A stretch of 64,000 bases of DNA from Phallusia mammillata. Its lineage: Eukaryota. A program made the position numbers and the translations under genes. Shown here piece by piece: positions 22,360 to 36,400 of this stretch. Position 1 is the stretch's first letter. Each line of letters begins with the position of its first letter. The stretch covers positions 24,118,001 through 24,182,000 of the forward strand of contig OZ281495.1 in the NCBI GenBank assembly GCA_965637545.1, in the 5' to 3' direction. The notes beneath the pieces were generated by a model. It did no database searches. It was not told the origin of the DNA and saw only the letters and a program-made list of their open reading frames with translations.

Positions 22360-23571
22360 GCTATAAGCATAACTGTTGAACTCGGTTAAGCTTTGTTTTA
22401 CAACTTAGCAAAAGCGCTTTGTATGGTGTATGTTCAGTAACATTTGCACAAGAACTGTTTTGTAATTAAATATATGTTCCTGCTTTCCATGCACGCATGA
22501 TCAGTGACATGATAGGTACGATTGTGGTTCGATTTTTACTTACATGAAAATGTTGTAGGCCTATTATTCGAGAAAGATGAAGGTTCATGCCTTCATTTCT
22601 ACTTTTACAACTCTTTATTTTCGAATATCATGTGTACGCTCTAGCGAAAGGGTCGTGATTTTATTGTTGTTGATATTACGAAACCTCCCTCCAACACTAA
22701 TTATCACAATTATATGTGGATTTTTGTCATCTATTTCGACCTTAACAAAAGCAAGTAAATCAGCACCTTTGTAGCCTACTGGACCGTGGAAGAAAAAGTA
22801 GTTCCAAATTGCAAGCCTCCATCAAAAACTAGTTTCGACTTGTTATCTCGATTGGTCTTCCGTGGGCCTACATAATAAAATCCCTTCTAAATATAAATTG
22901 CGCTGTGCCCCCCAAACAACATGTGGTCGTCAGATTTTATTCACTGAAAGAAACACGAAAAATGGAATGGGCGAAAAAAGCTGGTCTGCTAGAGGCACCT
23001 ATAAGATGCAAACTGAACGAAATGAGGTTGGAACATCCGGTGTAAAACCTAATACCGGCAAAAACTGAACGTGGGGCCTTAGATTTCTCACACAAACACA
23101 GTAACAAGGGTAATTTTCGACTGTGTACTTTAACAGATGGACAATAAGCGTCCTGGTCTGAAGAATAATCTGCCACAACAATTTGGCCCTTTGATGAATA
23201 CGAACGGAATGAAAGTTTGTGTTTTTGTCTGGAATTATTGGCAAAGTTAATCCAGAATTACTTCAGTAGGCACTCCAGTAACAAATGTAAAAGTAAGTTC
23301 CCATTTTTCCTGTGTAAGCGCTGATCCAGGCCGCATTGTGTACCTATAAAGCGCCTTGACATATAACAAACCAATATAACAAACATTTGAAATCGACTTT
23401 GAGGTTCAAAATCCACCAGACTCTGCCCTACAATCGCCGGGTTGAACCAATAAGTAAGCCTAAAAAACAGAAAACAAAGGCTTTGCTGGCAACAGAATCA
23501 ATCGCATAGGTAACACGGCAACCAGGCAGCAAACAATATAGATTCGAGGAAGGCTTTGTGATCCACACATA

Positions 23572-25128
23572 TTAAGTGGTTCGTCGCTTCTTGGTCGGAT
23601 GGACTGGGGCACGGTAATGGGAGATTGACGCTTTACCGAGTTTCGTGTCAAAGAAAATTTGAAGACTGGTGGCTGCTTTCGCTACAACCGAACGTGACTC
23701 ATTGTACTCGTGGCAGTTCAGAAAGATCTGGTCTACTTCGCTTATGAACTCGGCTGCAAGAAACACAGGTTAGAACATCAAGTATTAAGTTGAAAAATAT
23801 TGAAAAGCCAAACAAAGCCTTCGCAGTTGTGGAAGCAAAAAATTGAGGGAAAAAGAACGTACTTGGTGTTGGATATTGCACCTCTTTCATCTTTTTGTGC
23901 ACGGTACCAAGATCCATTGGCTTTTTAATAATGTCGTAGTAATCCGGGACCTTAAAAACCATCACATTTGAACACTAGTGTTAAATAGGTACAAAAATAA
24001 AGGCAAAATTCCACTGGAAATATGGAGTTATTCGTTTTGGTCTTACAGCTTTTTTGCTGACAGGTTCAACAAACGGCCAACTATCTTTGTGTTTGATCAG
24101 CTCCGACAGAATCTCCTCGCAGGAAGCCAGATCTTTCCAAACACCCGTGGCACGCCGGCGGTTGTTGCTTTTTTCCGGGGTGTCGTCTTAAATTGCAACA
24201 AATCATTAGTCCAAAGCCTCTCCCACACACCATACCCTTCGCCAATTTTAATATGAAAGACAAACCGTTGCGCCTTGTTGATCTCTCCCTTCTGGACTCC
24301 GAGGTTGATTTCTTAGCAGAACTCGGCTTTTGGCCCTTTTTCTGTGGCTTCTGTGGGATTTTGTAGGTCAGATTTCGTTTCACTGGAACCTCCTCGATCG
24401 AACTGTTGCAAAAAACAAAACAATTTTACCAAACCAAACATTTCGCAAAGTGCACTAGTCTAAATTGAAACTATACGATGTAGCTTTTACTTGCACAGCA
24501 ACGTGTAAGAGTCACAAATATATTCAAGTTTGTATTTTTGCCACACTTGGCCAGAGAGTATGTTCGACCTGATACTGTCATTTTCATCCTGCTCTTCCGC
24601 ACTTTCCTCTGTGTCTTCTTCGTCATCTTCTTCCTCTTCCTCGGAACTTTCGTCCTTTGAAAAAGCAAATTACAGGTCAGTAAAACAACTAAACGAGGCA
24701 AAACATTTTAGCTCTGTATTATTAACCTAAAAGTGCGTTCAATTTGATGTAAAACTAAATTTGTTTGAGTAACTTTCTATGACCTAAATTAGTGATATGA
24801 ACATTACCTGGGAGAAGCTTTTAGTCCTTACTACTTTCCTTGGACTTATGCGTGCCGATTTGGGTTTGCAATCAGGACAATACCAATCTCCGGCTGGGAC
24901 GATCTAAAACGCAGATTTGGTAAAATTTCTGCCATAGTACAACAAGAGTAAGAACTGCCGAACCTTAATAGCCGGTCGCAAACAATACATATGATGGCCG
25001 CGGTCGCATGAGTCACACAGGAGCATTTTTTCGGCATCGCCTTTTCGTCGACAAATCCGACACTTTGCGTTAAGCACCGACTTTGACCACATGATGCAAC
25101 GATCAAGAGTCGACAAGTGCAGGAAGAT
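23572..25128 (-). pseudogene. BAZ1A: Duplicated BAZ1A 3' exons (PHD finger to bromodomain and stop), orphan copy or alternative 3' module
   Basis: Same PHD (CRICRRKGDAEKMLLCDSCDRGHHMYC) and bromodomain exons as unit 2, with splice sites and frame retained. Confidence 0.75.
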
Positions 25129-25503
25129 CTAAAGAAAACATATGGAAAAAATTAAATTGTGGGTAGGCATGGGTCAGTGTACAGTACTGGGTGTTGGCAC
25201 TTCTAAAAAATCGTCAAGCACTCTTTCCATTCTCGTAACACCAATATACTTGTCACAAAAGTCAAATTCACCAAAACTTCACTTTGCAAAACACAGAGGC
25301 TAATATATTGCTTAGTAACGGAATCTATTTAAATAAGAGATTAATGATGCACACAACGGTGAAATGTCCATCTCTTTTTTAAGAACAGCATTATGTTGAC
25401 TGATTTTGTTTTAGAAGCTTCGTTGCTTTATCCATATTATGTTATTACTAAAACACATTATCACCAGCAAACATAGAATGCATAGTGAGGTATTATCAAG
25501 GTT

Positions 25504-25929
25504 ATTTTTTGTAGATTTGATAACTTTCGGACATTATGTAGCATGGCCATGGTCCAACCTTGCAGATGGAAGTGAAATGATTATGAGGCGAAATTTTCGA
25601 CAACATAACCTTCACGTTTTGCAAGTATAAACAGTCGCAAGTTTTAAACCGCTATTTACACCTGATGACTAAACACCACTATTGCTTTTCAGAAAGCTCC
25701 AAAAGATAAGCTGCTGGTCTACTCTGTTAAGGAAGGTTGGGGACCATTAAGTAAATTTCTCGGAGTCGAAGTACCCGATCAACCCGTTCCCCAGAAGAAC
25801 AAAAGAGCCGAAGCGATTAACCAACGTAACGAACATAGATTTATCTCCCGTATGAAAAGAGAAATGTACTTTACTATCCTTTTCCTGACAGTTTTTACTT
25901 GCCTGCTCTTCAGTTATATTATGAACTAA
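25504..25929 (+). pseudogene. Sulfotransferase copy F: exons 3-4 only, created by the tandem duplication
   Basis: Near-identical to 21544-21960. No exons 1-2 lie upstream of the junction at 25489. Confidence 0.8.
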
Positions 25930-25957
25930 AGTATGTTTTGCGTTTGTACCCTATAAG

Positions 25958-26286
25958 CAGGGTTGCCATACCGTCCTTATTTCTAAGATTTGTCCTTATT
26001 TTGAAGGGCTATGTATTAGAAAAGTTCATTGTCCTTATTTCTAAGAAATGTCCTTATTTTTGACTTAAGTCCTTCTTTTGTCTTATTTTCAACAATTACT
26101 GGTCAAATCCCTGCTACAAGTAAACCTAGACCTAAGCGGTTGTGAGATGCACGAAGTATTTTCTACAATGGTGTGTCATTGCTCATATAAAGGCAAAGAT
26201 TTGTTCATAATGTTTGTTTCGTTTCGTACGAAAAGATATTTTTGCGGTTGTCCTTATTTTTGGGCTTCAAGTCGATGGCAACTCTG
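25958..26286. mobile_element. Duplicated copy of the 21989 MITE with an internal deletion
   Basis: Same TIRs and TSD as the 21989 copy. Confidence 0.85.
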
Positions 26287-27498
26287 GCTATAAGCATAAC
26301 TGTTGAACTCGGTTAAGCTTTGTTTTACAACTTAGCAAAAGCGCTTTGTATGGTGTATGTTCAGTAACATTTGCACAAGAACTGTTTTGCAATTAAATAT
26401 ATGTTCCTGCTTTCCATGCACGCATGATCAGTGACATGATAGGTACGATTGTGGTTCGATTTTTACTTACATGAAAATGTTGTAGGCCTATTATTCGAGA
26501 AAGATGAAGGTTCATGCCTTCATTTCTACTTTTACAACTCTTTATTTTCGAATATCATGTGTACGCTCTAGCGAAAGGGTCGTGATTTTATTGTTGTTGA
26601 TATTACGAAACCTCCCTCCAACACTAATTATCACAATTATATGTGGATTTTTGTCATCTATTTCGACCTTAACAAAAGCAAGTAAATCAGCACCTTTGTA
26701 GCCTACTGGACCGTGGAAGAAAAAGTAGTTCCAAATTGCAAGCCTCCATCAAAAACTAGTTTCGACTTGTTATCTCGATTGGTCTTCCGTAGGCCTACAT
26801 AATAAAATCCCTTCTAAATATAAATTGCGCTGTGCCCCCCAAACAACATGTGGTCGTCAGATTTTATTCACTGAAAGAAACACGAAAAATGGAATGGGCG
26901 AAAAAAGCTGGTCTGCTAGAGGCACCTATAAGATGCAAACTGAACGAAATGAGGTTGGAACATCCGGTGTAAAACCTAATACCGGCAAAAACTGAACGTG
27001 GGGCCTTAGATTTCTCACACAAACACAGTAACAAGGGTAATTTTCGACTGTGTACTTTAACAGATGGACAATAAGCGTCCTGGTCTGAAGAATAATCTGC
27101 CACAACAATTTGGCCCTTTGATGAATACGAACGGAATGAAAGTTTGTGTTTTTGTCTGGAATTATTGGCAAAGTTAATCCAGAATTACTTCAGTAGGCAC
27201 TCCAGTAACAAATGTAAAAGTAAGTTCCCATTTTTCCTGTGTAAGCGCTGATCCAGGCCGCATTGTGTACCTATAAAGCGCCTTGACATATAACAAACCA
27301 ATATAACAAACATTTGAAATCGACTTTGAGGTTCAAAATCCACCAGTCTCTGCCCTACAATCGCCGGGTTGAACCAATAAGTAAGCCTAAAAAACAGAAA
27401 ACAAAGGCTTTGCTGGCAACAGAATCAATCGCATAGGTAACACGGCAACCAGGCAGCAAACAATATAGATTCGAGGAAGGCTTTGTGATCCACACATA

Positions 27499-30400
27499 TT
27501 AAGTGGTTCGTCGCTTCTTGGTCGGATGGACTGGGGCACGGTAATGGGAGATTGACGCTTTACCGAGTTTCGTGTCAAAGAAAATTTGAAGACTGGTGGC
27601 TGCTTTCGCTACAACCGAACGTGACTCATTGTACTCGTGGCAGTTCAGAAAGATCTGGTCTACGTCGCTTATGAACTCGGCTGCAAGAAACACAGGTTAG
27701 AACATCAAGTATTAAGTTGAAAAATATTGAAAAGCCAAACAAAGCCTTCGCAGTTGTGGAAGCAAAAAATTGAGGGAAAAAGAACGTACTTGGTGTTGGA
27801 TATTGCACCTCTTTCATCTTTTTGTGCACGGTACCAAGATCCATTGGCTTTTTAATAATGTCGTAGTAATCCGGGACCTTAAAAAACCATCACATTTGAA
27901 CACTAGTGTTAAATAGGTACAAAAATAAAGGCAAAATTCCACTGGAAATATGGAGTTATTCGTTTTGGTCTTACAGCTTTTTTGCTGACAGGTTCAACAA
28001 ACGGCCAACTATCTTTGTGTTTGATCAGCTCCGACAGAATCTCCTCGCAGGAAGCCAGATCTTTCCAAACACCCGTGGCACGCCGGCGGTTGTTGCTTTT
28101 TTCCGGGGTGTCGTCTTAAATTGCAACAAATCATTAGTCCAAAGCCTCTCCCACACACCATACCCTTCGCCAATTTTAATATAAAAGACAAACCGTTGCG
28201 CCTTGTTGATCTCTCCCTTCTGGACTCCGAGGTTGATTTCTTAGCAGAACTCGGCTTTTGGCCCTTTTTCTGTGGCTTCTGTGGGATTTTGTAGGTCAGA
28301 TTTCGTTTCACTGGAACCTCCTCGATCGAACTGTTGCAAAAAACAAAACAATTTTACCAAACCAAACATTTCGCAAAGTGCACTAGTCTAAATTGAAACT
28401 ATACGATGTAGCTTTTACTTGCACAGCAACGTGTAAGAGTCACAAATATATTCAAGTTTGTATTTTTGCCACACTTGGCCAGAGAGTATGTTCGACCTGA
28501 TACTGTCATTTTCATCCTGCTCTTCCGCACTTTCCTCTGTGTCTTCTTCGTCATCTTCTTCCTCTTCCTCGGAACTTTCGTCCTTTGAAAAAGCAAATTA
28601 CAGGTCAGTAAAACAACTAAACGAGGCAAAACATTTTAGCTCTGTAATATTAACCTAAAAGTGCGTTCAATTTGATGTAAAACTAAATTTGTTTGAGTAA
28701 CTTTCTATGACCTAAATTAGTGATATGAACATTACCTGGGAGAAGCTTTTAGTCCTTACTACTTTCCTTGGACTTATGCGTGCCGATTTGGGTTTGCAAT
28801 CAGGACAATACCAATCTCCGGCTGGGACGATCTAAAACGCAGATTTGGTAAAATTTCTGCCATAGTACAACAAGAGTAAGAACTGCCGAACCTTAATAGC
28901 CGGTCGCAAACAATACATATGATGGCCGCGGTCGCATGAGTCACACAGGAGCATTTTTTCGGCATCGCCTTTTCGTCGACAAATCCGACACTTTGCGTTA
29001 AGCACCGACTTTGACCACATGATGCAACGATCAAGAGTCGACAAGTGCAGGAAGATCTAAAGAAAACATATGGAAAAAATTAAATTGTGGGTAGGCATGG
29101 GTCAGTGTACAGTACTGGGTGTTGGCACTTCTAAAAAATCGTCAAGCACTCTTTCCATTCTCGTAACACCAATAAACTTCACTTTGCAAAACACAGAGGC
29201 TAATATATTGCTTAGTAACGGAATCTATTTAAATAAGAGATTAATGATGCACACAACGGTGAAATGTCCATCTCTTTTTTAAGAACAGCATTATGTTGAC
29301 TGATTTTGTTTTAGAAGCTTCGTTGCTTTATCCATATTATGTTATTACTAAAACACATTATCGCCAGCAAACATAGAATGCATAGTGATGTGAAGGAAAC
29401 GACCCTGTGCAAAATACAAATCGATCCATATGTCTGACGGCATAGGAGCCTAAGTATTCCTAAACTAACCATAAATCACACGCTCAGTGACCGGCTGAAA
29501 AGAAACATTGATAGTTTGACAAACACAACCTCGTTAACATTCAAATTGTGTCTAACTGTCAAAGACAACCTTTTAAATAATGTTTTTAAATGGTATGCAA
29601 AAGTGATTGCTAAAGCAGAAAATTTTCTGTAAGTGACTTTCGCAGACCTGAGAAAGGGAGGTGGATTGAAGTAAAGAAGTCTCCCATCTCTTCAGCAAAT
29701 CTTCGCTTTCTTTCCCTTTTGACTCGTCTTCGTCCTTGTCGGGAGCACGTGACCGAGTCGTCCGTGACGTGTCAACCGCACAACCTGTCACACAGTATTG
29801 AAATGTAAAAACACAATGATCGGGTTTGGTTGGTGCTCGTCCTCGACATACTCACCGAGTGGTGGTTTAAGATACTTGCGATCCACTCCTTTCTCCACGA
29901 TGTACAAAGCAATGGCCAGATTGCGGACGATACAGTCTAAGCATTAAGTGTAAGAACTTGAAACCAGTATCAAGACGTATTCCTTTGTAGCGAAATTTAT
30001 AATTTCAGATCTATCGACTTTAAATGTTCAGCATGTTAATACAAAAGCGTCATATCAAACTATGATAGTATGATTTAAATTTTAAACATTCGCGATAACA
30101 GAGCTCCATAACAGCATACGGTGATAAATTTGTTTGAATAAAAATGACTTTAATTTATCGATAGCAAATTGACAGTTGCAAAATAAAAGAAAGTTCAAAA
30201 TCTTCAATCCGTCTTATAAACTAACGATGACTTATTCAACTTTGTGAAATTACCGTCAGTTTCCATATCGACATCGTCTGATAAAGCAGATTTCTCTGCT
30301 TCCGAAGTTGTTTTCGTGATGGGAAACTTAACTAATGGATCGCAAAGGATTGAATCGTCTACTTCGTCTGCAAGCATAAAGCAAAATTTGTTTGGCTATG

Positions 30401-33400
30401 CAATCGTCTGCCTTGTGTTACAATGTCTTACCTTCGTTTGCCTCTGGAATTCCAACGTGTATTTTTCCATCGTACTTTGAGCCTTCTTTAACCGATTCTC
30501 TCCATTCTTCACGATCTTCCACCTTAAAGTTTCAATTTGGAGATGAAACTCTTTGCTTACGAGTTTAAAACTGACACATATTAACACACGATAGCCAGAG
30601 AAAACCAATACACGTAGTCCAAGGCTAATGTATGCAACAAAACAAATAACATTTCAGTGGAAACAATCTTGTAGAACAATGTTTTAGGGTCAATTCAGTA
30701 GCATAAAGTTTAAGGAGAACTAGTTACAGAAAATGCTTGGAAAAGGAACTTTAAAAGCAATAACCCAAACAAAAACTACATCGAAATATAGAATTAATTA
30801 AAAAGCTTGATGCTGACTTTAAATTTCCTTGAGTAAATTCATTTCTTATGGAATTTCTATCAGTGAAAAAGTTTTTGTTTCTACAGCACTTTGTTCAGTG
30901 CGGCAGATAGTGTATTTTAACTTGGGCACAGATAGACTTGCCTAGTGCTGTATCCAAAATACACTAAACTAACATTTGGTAGAACGCGACACAATGACCA
31001 AACATTTTAGAAGCGTTATATTTAGAGAAATTTAAATACGTTTATGTGTGCACACTATATGTACCTGTATGAAGCCAAGAGTCCCCGCCCAAATACGAGT
31101 TTCCATTTCAAGTATTTGATCGGCCAGTAGATTCTGCATTGTTTCTTCGCTGCGCACAGAAATGCGAACGTGAGGCGAATTGTTTTGGGCGTTGGTAACA
31201 AGCTGCAATAAATGAAAATCATAAAAATTCCTGACGCGATTTATTAAACTGTGTAAGTGTGGTTTAACGTCCCGCTGACCTTTTCGACATCCACAAGATC
31301 TGACGTCACTGTTAGTGACTCCGCGATGACGTTTTTCTGGGCCAACAAGCTTTCTAGCAACTTCGATTCCCTGTATCCTCTCGTGTTGAGCGCAGACATT
31401 AAATTATTAAGATCCTCCACTGAGCTATACACAAACCACCTAGAAAGCATTAAGACCGTGTATTAGGCTTATTCTTATCACTAAATTCGTCCACACGGAG
31501 ACTTTCAAGTAAATATACAAACCTATGTTGTTTTCCTTGCGTTATCACCTTCGTAGGTTGATTACCATTCGCTGATTGCCCGTGCGCGCCATCTTGTGGC
31601 GTTTGAGCACTCGTTTGCTGGAGAGTCACTGCTGGAGAACTACCCAAATTTGCGGGCGGCTGTTTAGCAAAGGAAGGCGTGGTTGCTGGACATGGAGACG
31701 CAGTGCGGGGTATTACTTTAGCCGAAGAAGGCACACCGTTCAAGTCCGTGTTTATTAAGATAGGCGAAAAAAGGTGAGCACCCAATGACCTTGTGCTGCC
31801 ACTTCCAACTGGAGTTCCCGCTGCCGAGCTGTCACTCAAACCAGGGGTGCTGCGGCCGGAAGCCATTGACAGGGAGAGGAATGGACTTTGCTTCTGAGGG
31901 ACTCGCACGGTTAGAATATCGTCCGTAAGACTTTCGTCAACGAATTCTTCGACGAAGATACCGGGGGCTGTACTGACGACCCAGTAGCGTCGAAAGAACC
32001 TTACAATGTAAAAAAATTGTTTCAAAAATTGGAAACGAAAGGTATATACGCTTATCAGATAACATAGGACACGTAAGTACAATTTGTCAGTTTACGGCAG
32101 TTAATACCAAAGGCAAAACCTAACTTTGTCTTTGTCGCACAGTTTAAAGCCGACCAATTTTAAATGACTAGAATACAGAATATATAAACTTCATTTACCA
32201 TATCAAACTTCATTTGATACAGGCACATAAAAGTTTATTTTTAATGGACACAAAATCTCAAATTATGAACGACAAACAGTTGCAACTACCTATCTTGTCC
32301 GAGTGGCATTGTACGATACGATGCCTGGTGTTTCGCGATTGTTTGCTGGTGTTTGTGAAACCGAAAATTCCAAGCGTCTTTGGCCTGGGCTTCCTCTTCG
32401 TCAAACAAGCGAAGGCGTTCCTACAAATTGGCACATGTAGAAACTTGCATGAAAATAAATGTCAAAAATGTAAACGAAGGGTTCTCAAAGTGGGCGTTTT
32501 GAATCGCAAATGTGCACCCAAGATCAAACGCGCGATAAAGGGTCCCTTTTAGAAAATCGGACAGTGACAACGGAATACAAAAATGAAGTTTTAGCACATA
32601 TAGATATCTTCGAAAGACTCAATGTATGAAAATTGGACAAGTGCTTTAACGATATTCAAAAGTGATAAACTAAACATTGCCCGCAACATGTATTTGAGTT
32701 TTTGTCCACGTTGAAATACAAGGTATAAGAGTCGGTATAAAAATGTTGGAGAACCAGTGATACAGGGTCTACTTGCACAGAATTTAGCCAACAAATAGAA
32801 AGACAAAATTTAAATACCTCTTTTTCGAGTGCATTGAGCAAGCGAGGTTCGTCTTCGTCGCCAGTTTTCCGTTTTCGCAAAATTCGCGTTTCGTCCGGTT
32901 CAGGTTCGGGACTAGAAATAAATTCAGTTTAATTCAAGTTGTTCTTTTATGTATCACAATTCACACCAACTTACGGTAAACCGCGCTCGATCCTTTTAAT
33001 CCGTTCCTCTATCTCTTTGTTGCGAGCTTGCTTCTCTAAAGTCCACTGCTCGCTTTTCCATTTCCACCTGTTTGGATTAATGGCCTAATTATTTTCATTA
33101 AACTAAAGTTAATATAGTGTCAGCTTGTTCAAAAACTTTAGGTATTTTAAACCAATAAAACGATGCTTCCTGCACTTTATTGCGCTGTTTTGACTTCATA
33201 TAATTACTTTACGTAGCATTGTACTGTATGTACAAAAAGAAAGAAAAATTTGAATCCTTACTAACATTTCATTTTAGCAGAGAGACATTTGATAATACCA
33301 ACAGTGATTGGTAAAACGTTTACACAAAACGTAGTCTACATAAACATATGCCCTCTAGCAGTTTTATGTCTGATCATGTCAAAAATTTGATTAAACTTTT

Positions 33401-36400
33401 TCGCATCACTACACTAATTAATGTACTAAGAGTGAAACAGTGTGTCAGGTTTTGACTAGACTTCGACCGTTCGTGCCGGCTGGTGTAATATTCGTTCAAA
33501 AATACAAGTCTCATGCTGTTCCTGAAGCACGTACTTGTCAGCAGCAGATTCTTTTTCCCTTTTCTTCTCGGCAGCCTTGTCCTCGCGGAAAGTGTTTCTC
33601 GCTTGCACCAGTTTATCCCACGTCTCATCCAAGTAATCCCGACTAGTGACAAAACTGAGGAGGTGGTGGGCGAGACACTGGAGCAGGGAAAGCTTCTCCT
33701 CTGCACACAATGACTGCATGTTGCATATAACCAATACGGCTTGTTGTCAGTTGTCAATAATTCTCTTTCACAAGATATGGAGAGCAAGTCGATTTTGTAG
33801 TTGTTTAAGCAGCATAGATTTCAACTTGCGCACTGGTTCTGCACTAGTTTCAAGCTATGCACCACAGACCTAATTAAATGAATATCGTGGATCGTCCCAT
33901 TATTGAGCACGGATAAAGTAAGCATACACAACACGCATTTTGGAATTACATAATGCTGAAATGCTTATCTTATCCGGTTTATTGTCATTATTGCAGGCGT
34001 CATGTGGGCCACCGAAAAGCCGTTAAGGACCACTGACCCTTTCGGGTAAACAGGTTTTGCAAATTCCTGGGTTGTTAACCCCCAAAGTTAACAATGGCAA
34101 TATACTATGAACAACATAGGTACTAAACTGGGTTTTGGAGCTCCCTTGTCAATCCTGAATTTAGTAAAAGATTATTAAAAAACATCCGATAGGTTATCAT
34201 CTGCGCTCAGTTTGAAATTGTTAGTGGCGCTATTGTTAATATGGTATCCAAACGGAGACAGGTTTTACTGATCCATCAACTTGACTAACCACCACCTTCA
34301 GGGCTATCACAGTAAACCGAAAGTGAAGCTTTCAAAAGTTGGTCATGAAACTTTAATTGATAGTCTTCAACACAAAACTTAAGCCCGTAAGATATTGCAG
34401 ATGAAGTTATCGCATATACACCTCGATTAATGTAAAGACATATGTACAGAATAAAAGTAGCATTTTTATTAAACTACCAGAAAAATCGCCTTTGGTATTA
34501 TTAGTGCAATATGTATTCAGCATATACGTACAAGTTTTACTGTAGCTGTTGTTTTTAAACTAGTGGGTGTGTTGTTTCTAGAAGCAAAACTGTATTTTTT
34601 AAACTAGTCGCACCTGGCTCTAAGTCAAAAATCGAAGTGGTGGCGAGTTTTTCCACTAGCTCAGGCCGATCGAAACATAACCTCAGTGGTGTGTCGTCAC
34701 ATGACGAGTAACCTCCTCGATGTTGGTATCGCCACAGACGATCCTCGGAACGGGGTCGGGTGGCTGAACTCAGCAGGTAAATACGAAGCACCTGTGAAGG
34801 AAAAATACGTAATGCGACAAATAAATGAAAACTTCTTTATGCTAGATTTGGTAAGCAAGTATAACAAATACGTTAAATAAGAGCGTTAATGTAACTGGTA
34901 GCATAAAAAGCTAGGAAAAAGCTTACTAATATTTCTTTTTGCTACAGTAAAACTTTAAATCAGTCGCTGTATTTTATCGGTTAACAAGACAAATACATTT
35001 CGCGTTTGTAAACATCACCATTATCCAGAGGATTTCTTTACAAATGTCGTATCAAAACGAAAAAGTAAAACTTTCTTTTCACAGCACACTTATACATGCA
35101 CAAAAATGTGGTGAAAAACGATAAAAAATCGAAACATTATCTTGAAGTTTAGGACAATAAGTTGAAAAGTACTGCAAGCGAAAAAGGACAGTTTGACCAA
35201 TTCAGTCTGACCTGAAATGTTCTGCAAAAATTGTACTCTACATTAAAAATAGACATTACCTCGGACAAAGTGTAACTGTCCAGCTCCAGTTTGTTGAGGG
35301 GAAACCCCTGATACGACATGGGCCATGTAGCGGCGATTGTACTGAATGCCTGGATCGTCTCCTCGTTCACTAGTTCGCTTAACTTGGCAGCGAGTTCTAT
35401 TCAAACAGAAATTTCAACTTTTTACGGACTTAAAGCTAGAATTGTATAATTTTGTAAAAAACACAGCACTTATAGAGTTATGTTCGGGTAGGTACAACCG
35501 GCCGAACGTGAATGTATAACCCTGAAATCCGTGCCTAACATATTTTGCAACTAAGCCTGTAAGTTTATGAAATTGTGGCACAAATGAGGCCAAATGTAAA
35601 GTCTGTCTGGAATCAAGCCCGTTTTTTTTTAACTAAAGCCCGAACCCGACTCGACTTGGTACACACAAATATACTTTCTCAAATAAGGGAAACAAATAAT
35701 AGGCAACGGTTTGGGATTCGCGAAAACCTTCCAAATAACCGGACTGTGAGAAATTATTTCGTTTGTTTACCTTTGTCTCCAGGTTCGGTAAGGATTCGTT
35801 CAAAACTCTCCTCTTCCTCGGAGTGGGCGCGGAAAAGGTTGGAAAGGAAGAAAAAGAAAATATCGCAAAGAGGTCCGTCGTGATCGTGTTGCATCACAGC
35901 TTTGGTCAGTAAATCTGTAATATAAAGGGTTAATCAGATAAAAGTATTGTTTAAATGTTTAACTAGGACAGCAGCACAATGTGTTGGTTACGTGCATTGA
36001 TGTTTAACCATTATTACACAGCAAACCTTGGGTAACCTGGACGCGTCTGGACCAAACAAGAATCAACCGAATCCGTTTTTACCGAGGACTACTGTGCAAT
36101 CAATACCTAAAACCCCAACGTATCTAAGCACATGCACAGATATTTCATTATTCGACATAATTGGGTGAAATCTTTATACATCTTTGATTGTACCTTGGGA
36201 GTTAATGGAAAACAGGAATTGTTGCTAAACGCAAGAATTTGTTGCTAAACAGTTACATTTTCTCGGGCGATAGTTTAAATTGTTCAGTAATAATGTAATC
36301 GCTACATACCTAAGTCTACACCTTTGGGAAATTCGTCCTGCACCTCAAAAATGTCCGAAAAAACGTGGAAAAATTCGATCAGCGACAAAACTTGACCGAA

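Larger units (their letters stand above)
21518..29388 (+). repeat. Tandem direct duplication: unit 1 21518-25488, unit 2 25489-29388
   Basis: The ORF track repeats almost identically with an offset of about 3.93 kb. The junction catagtga|ggtattatcaagg lies at 25488/25489. The units differ by a few SNPs and small indels. Confidence 0.95.
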
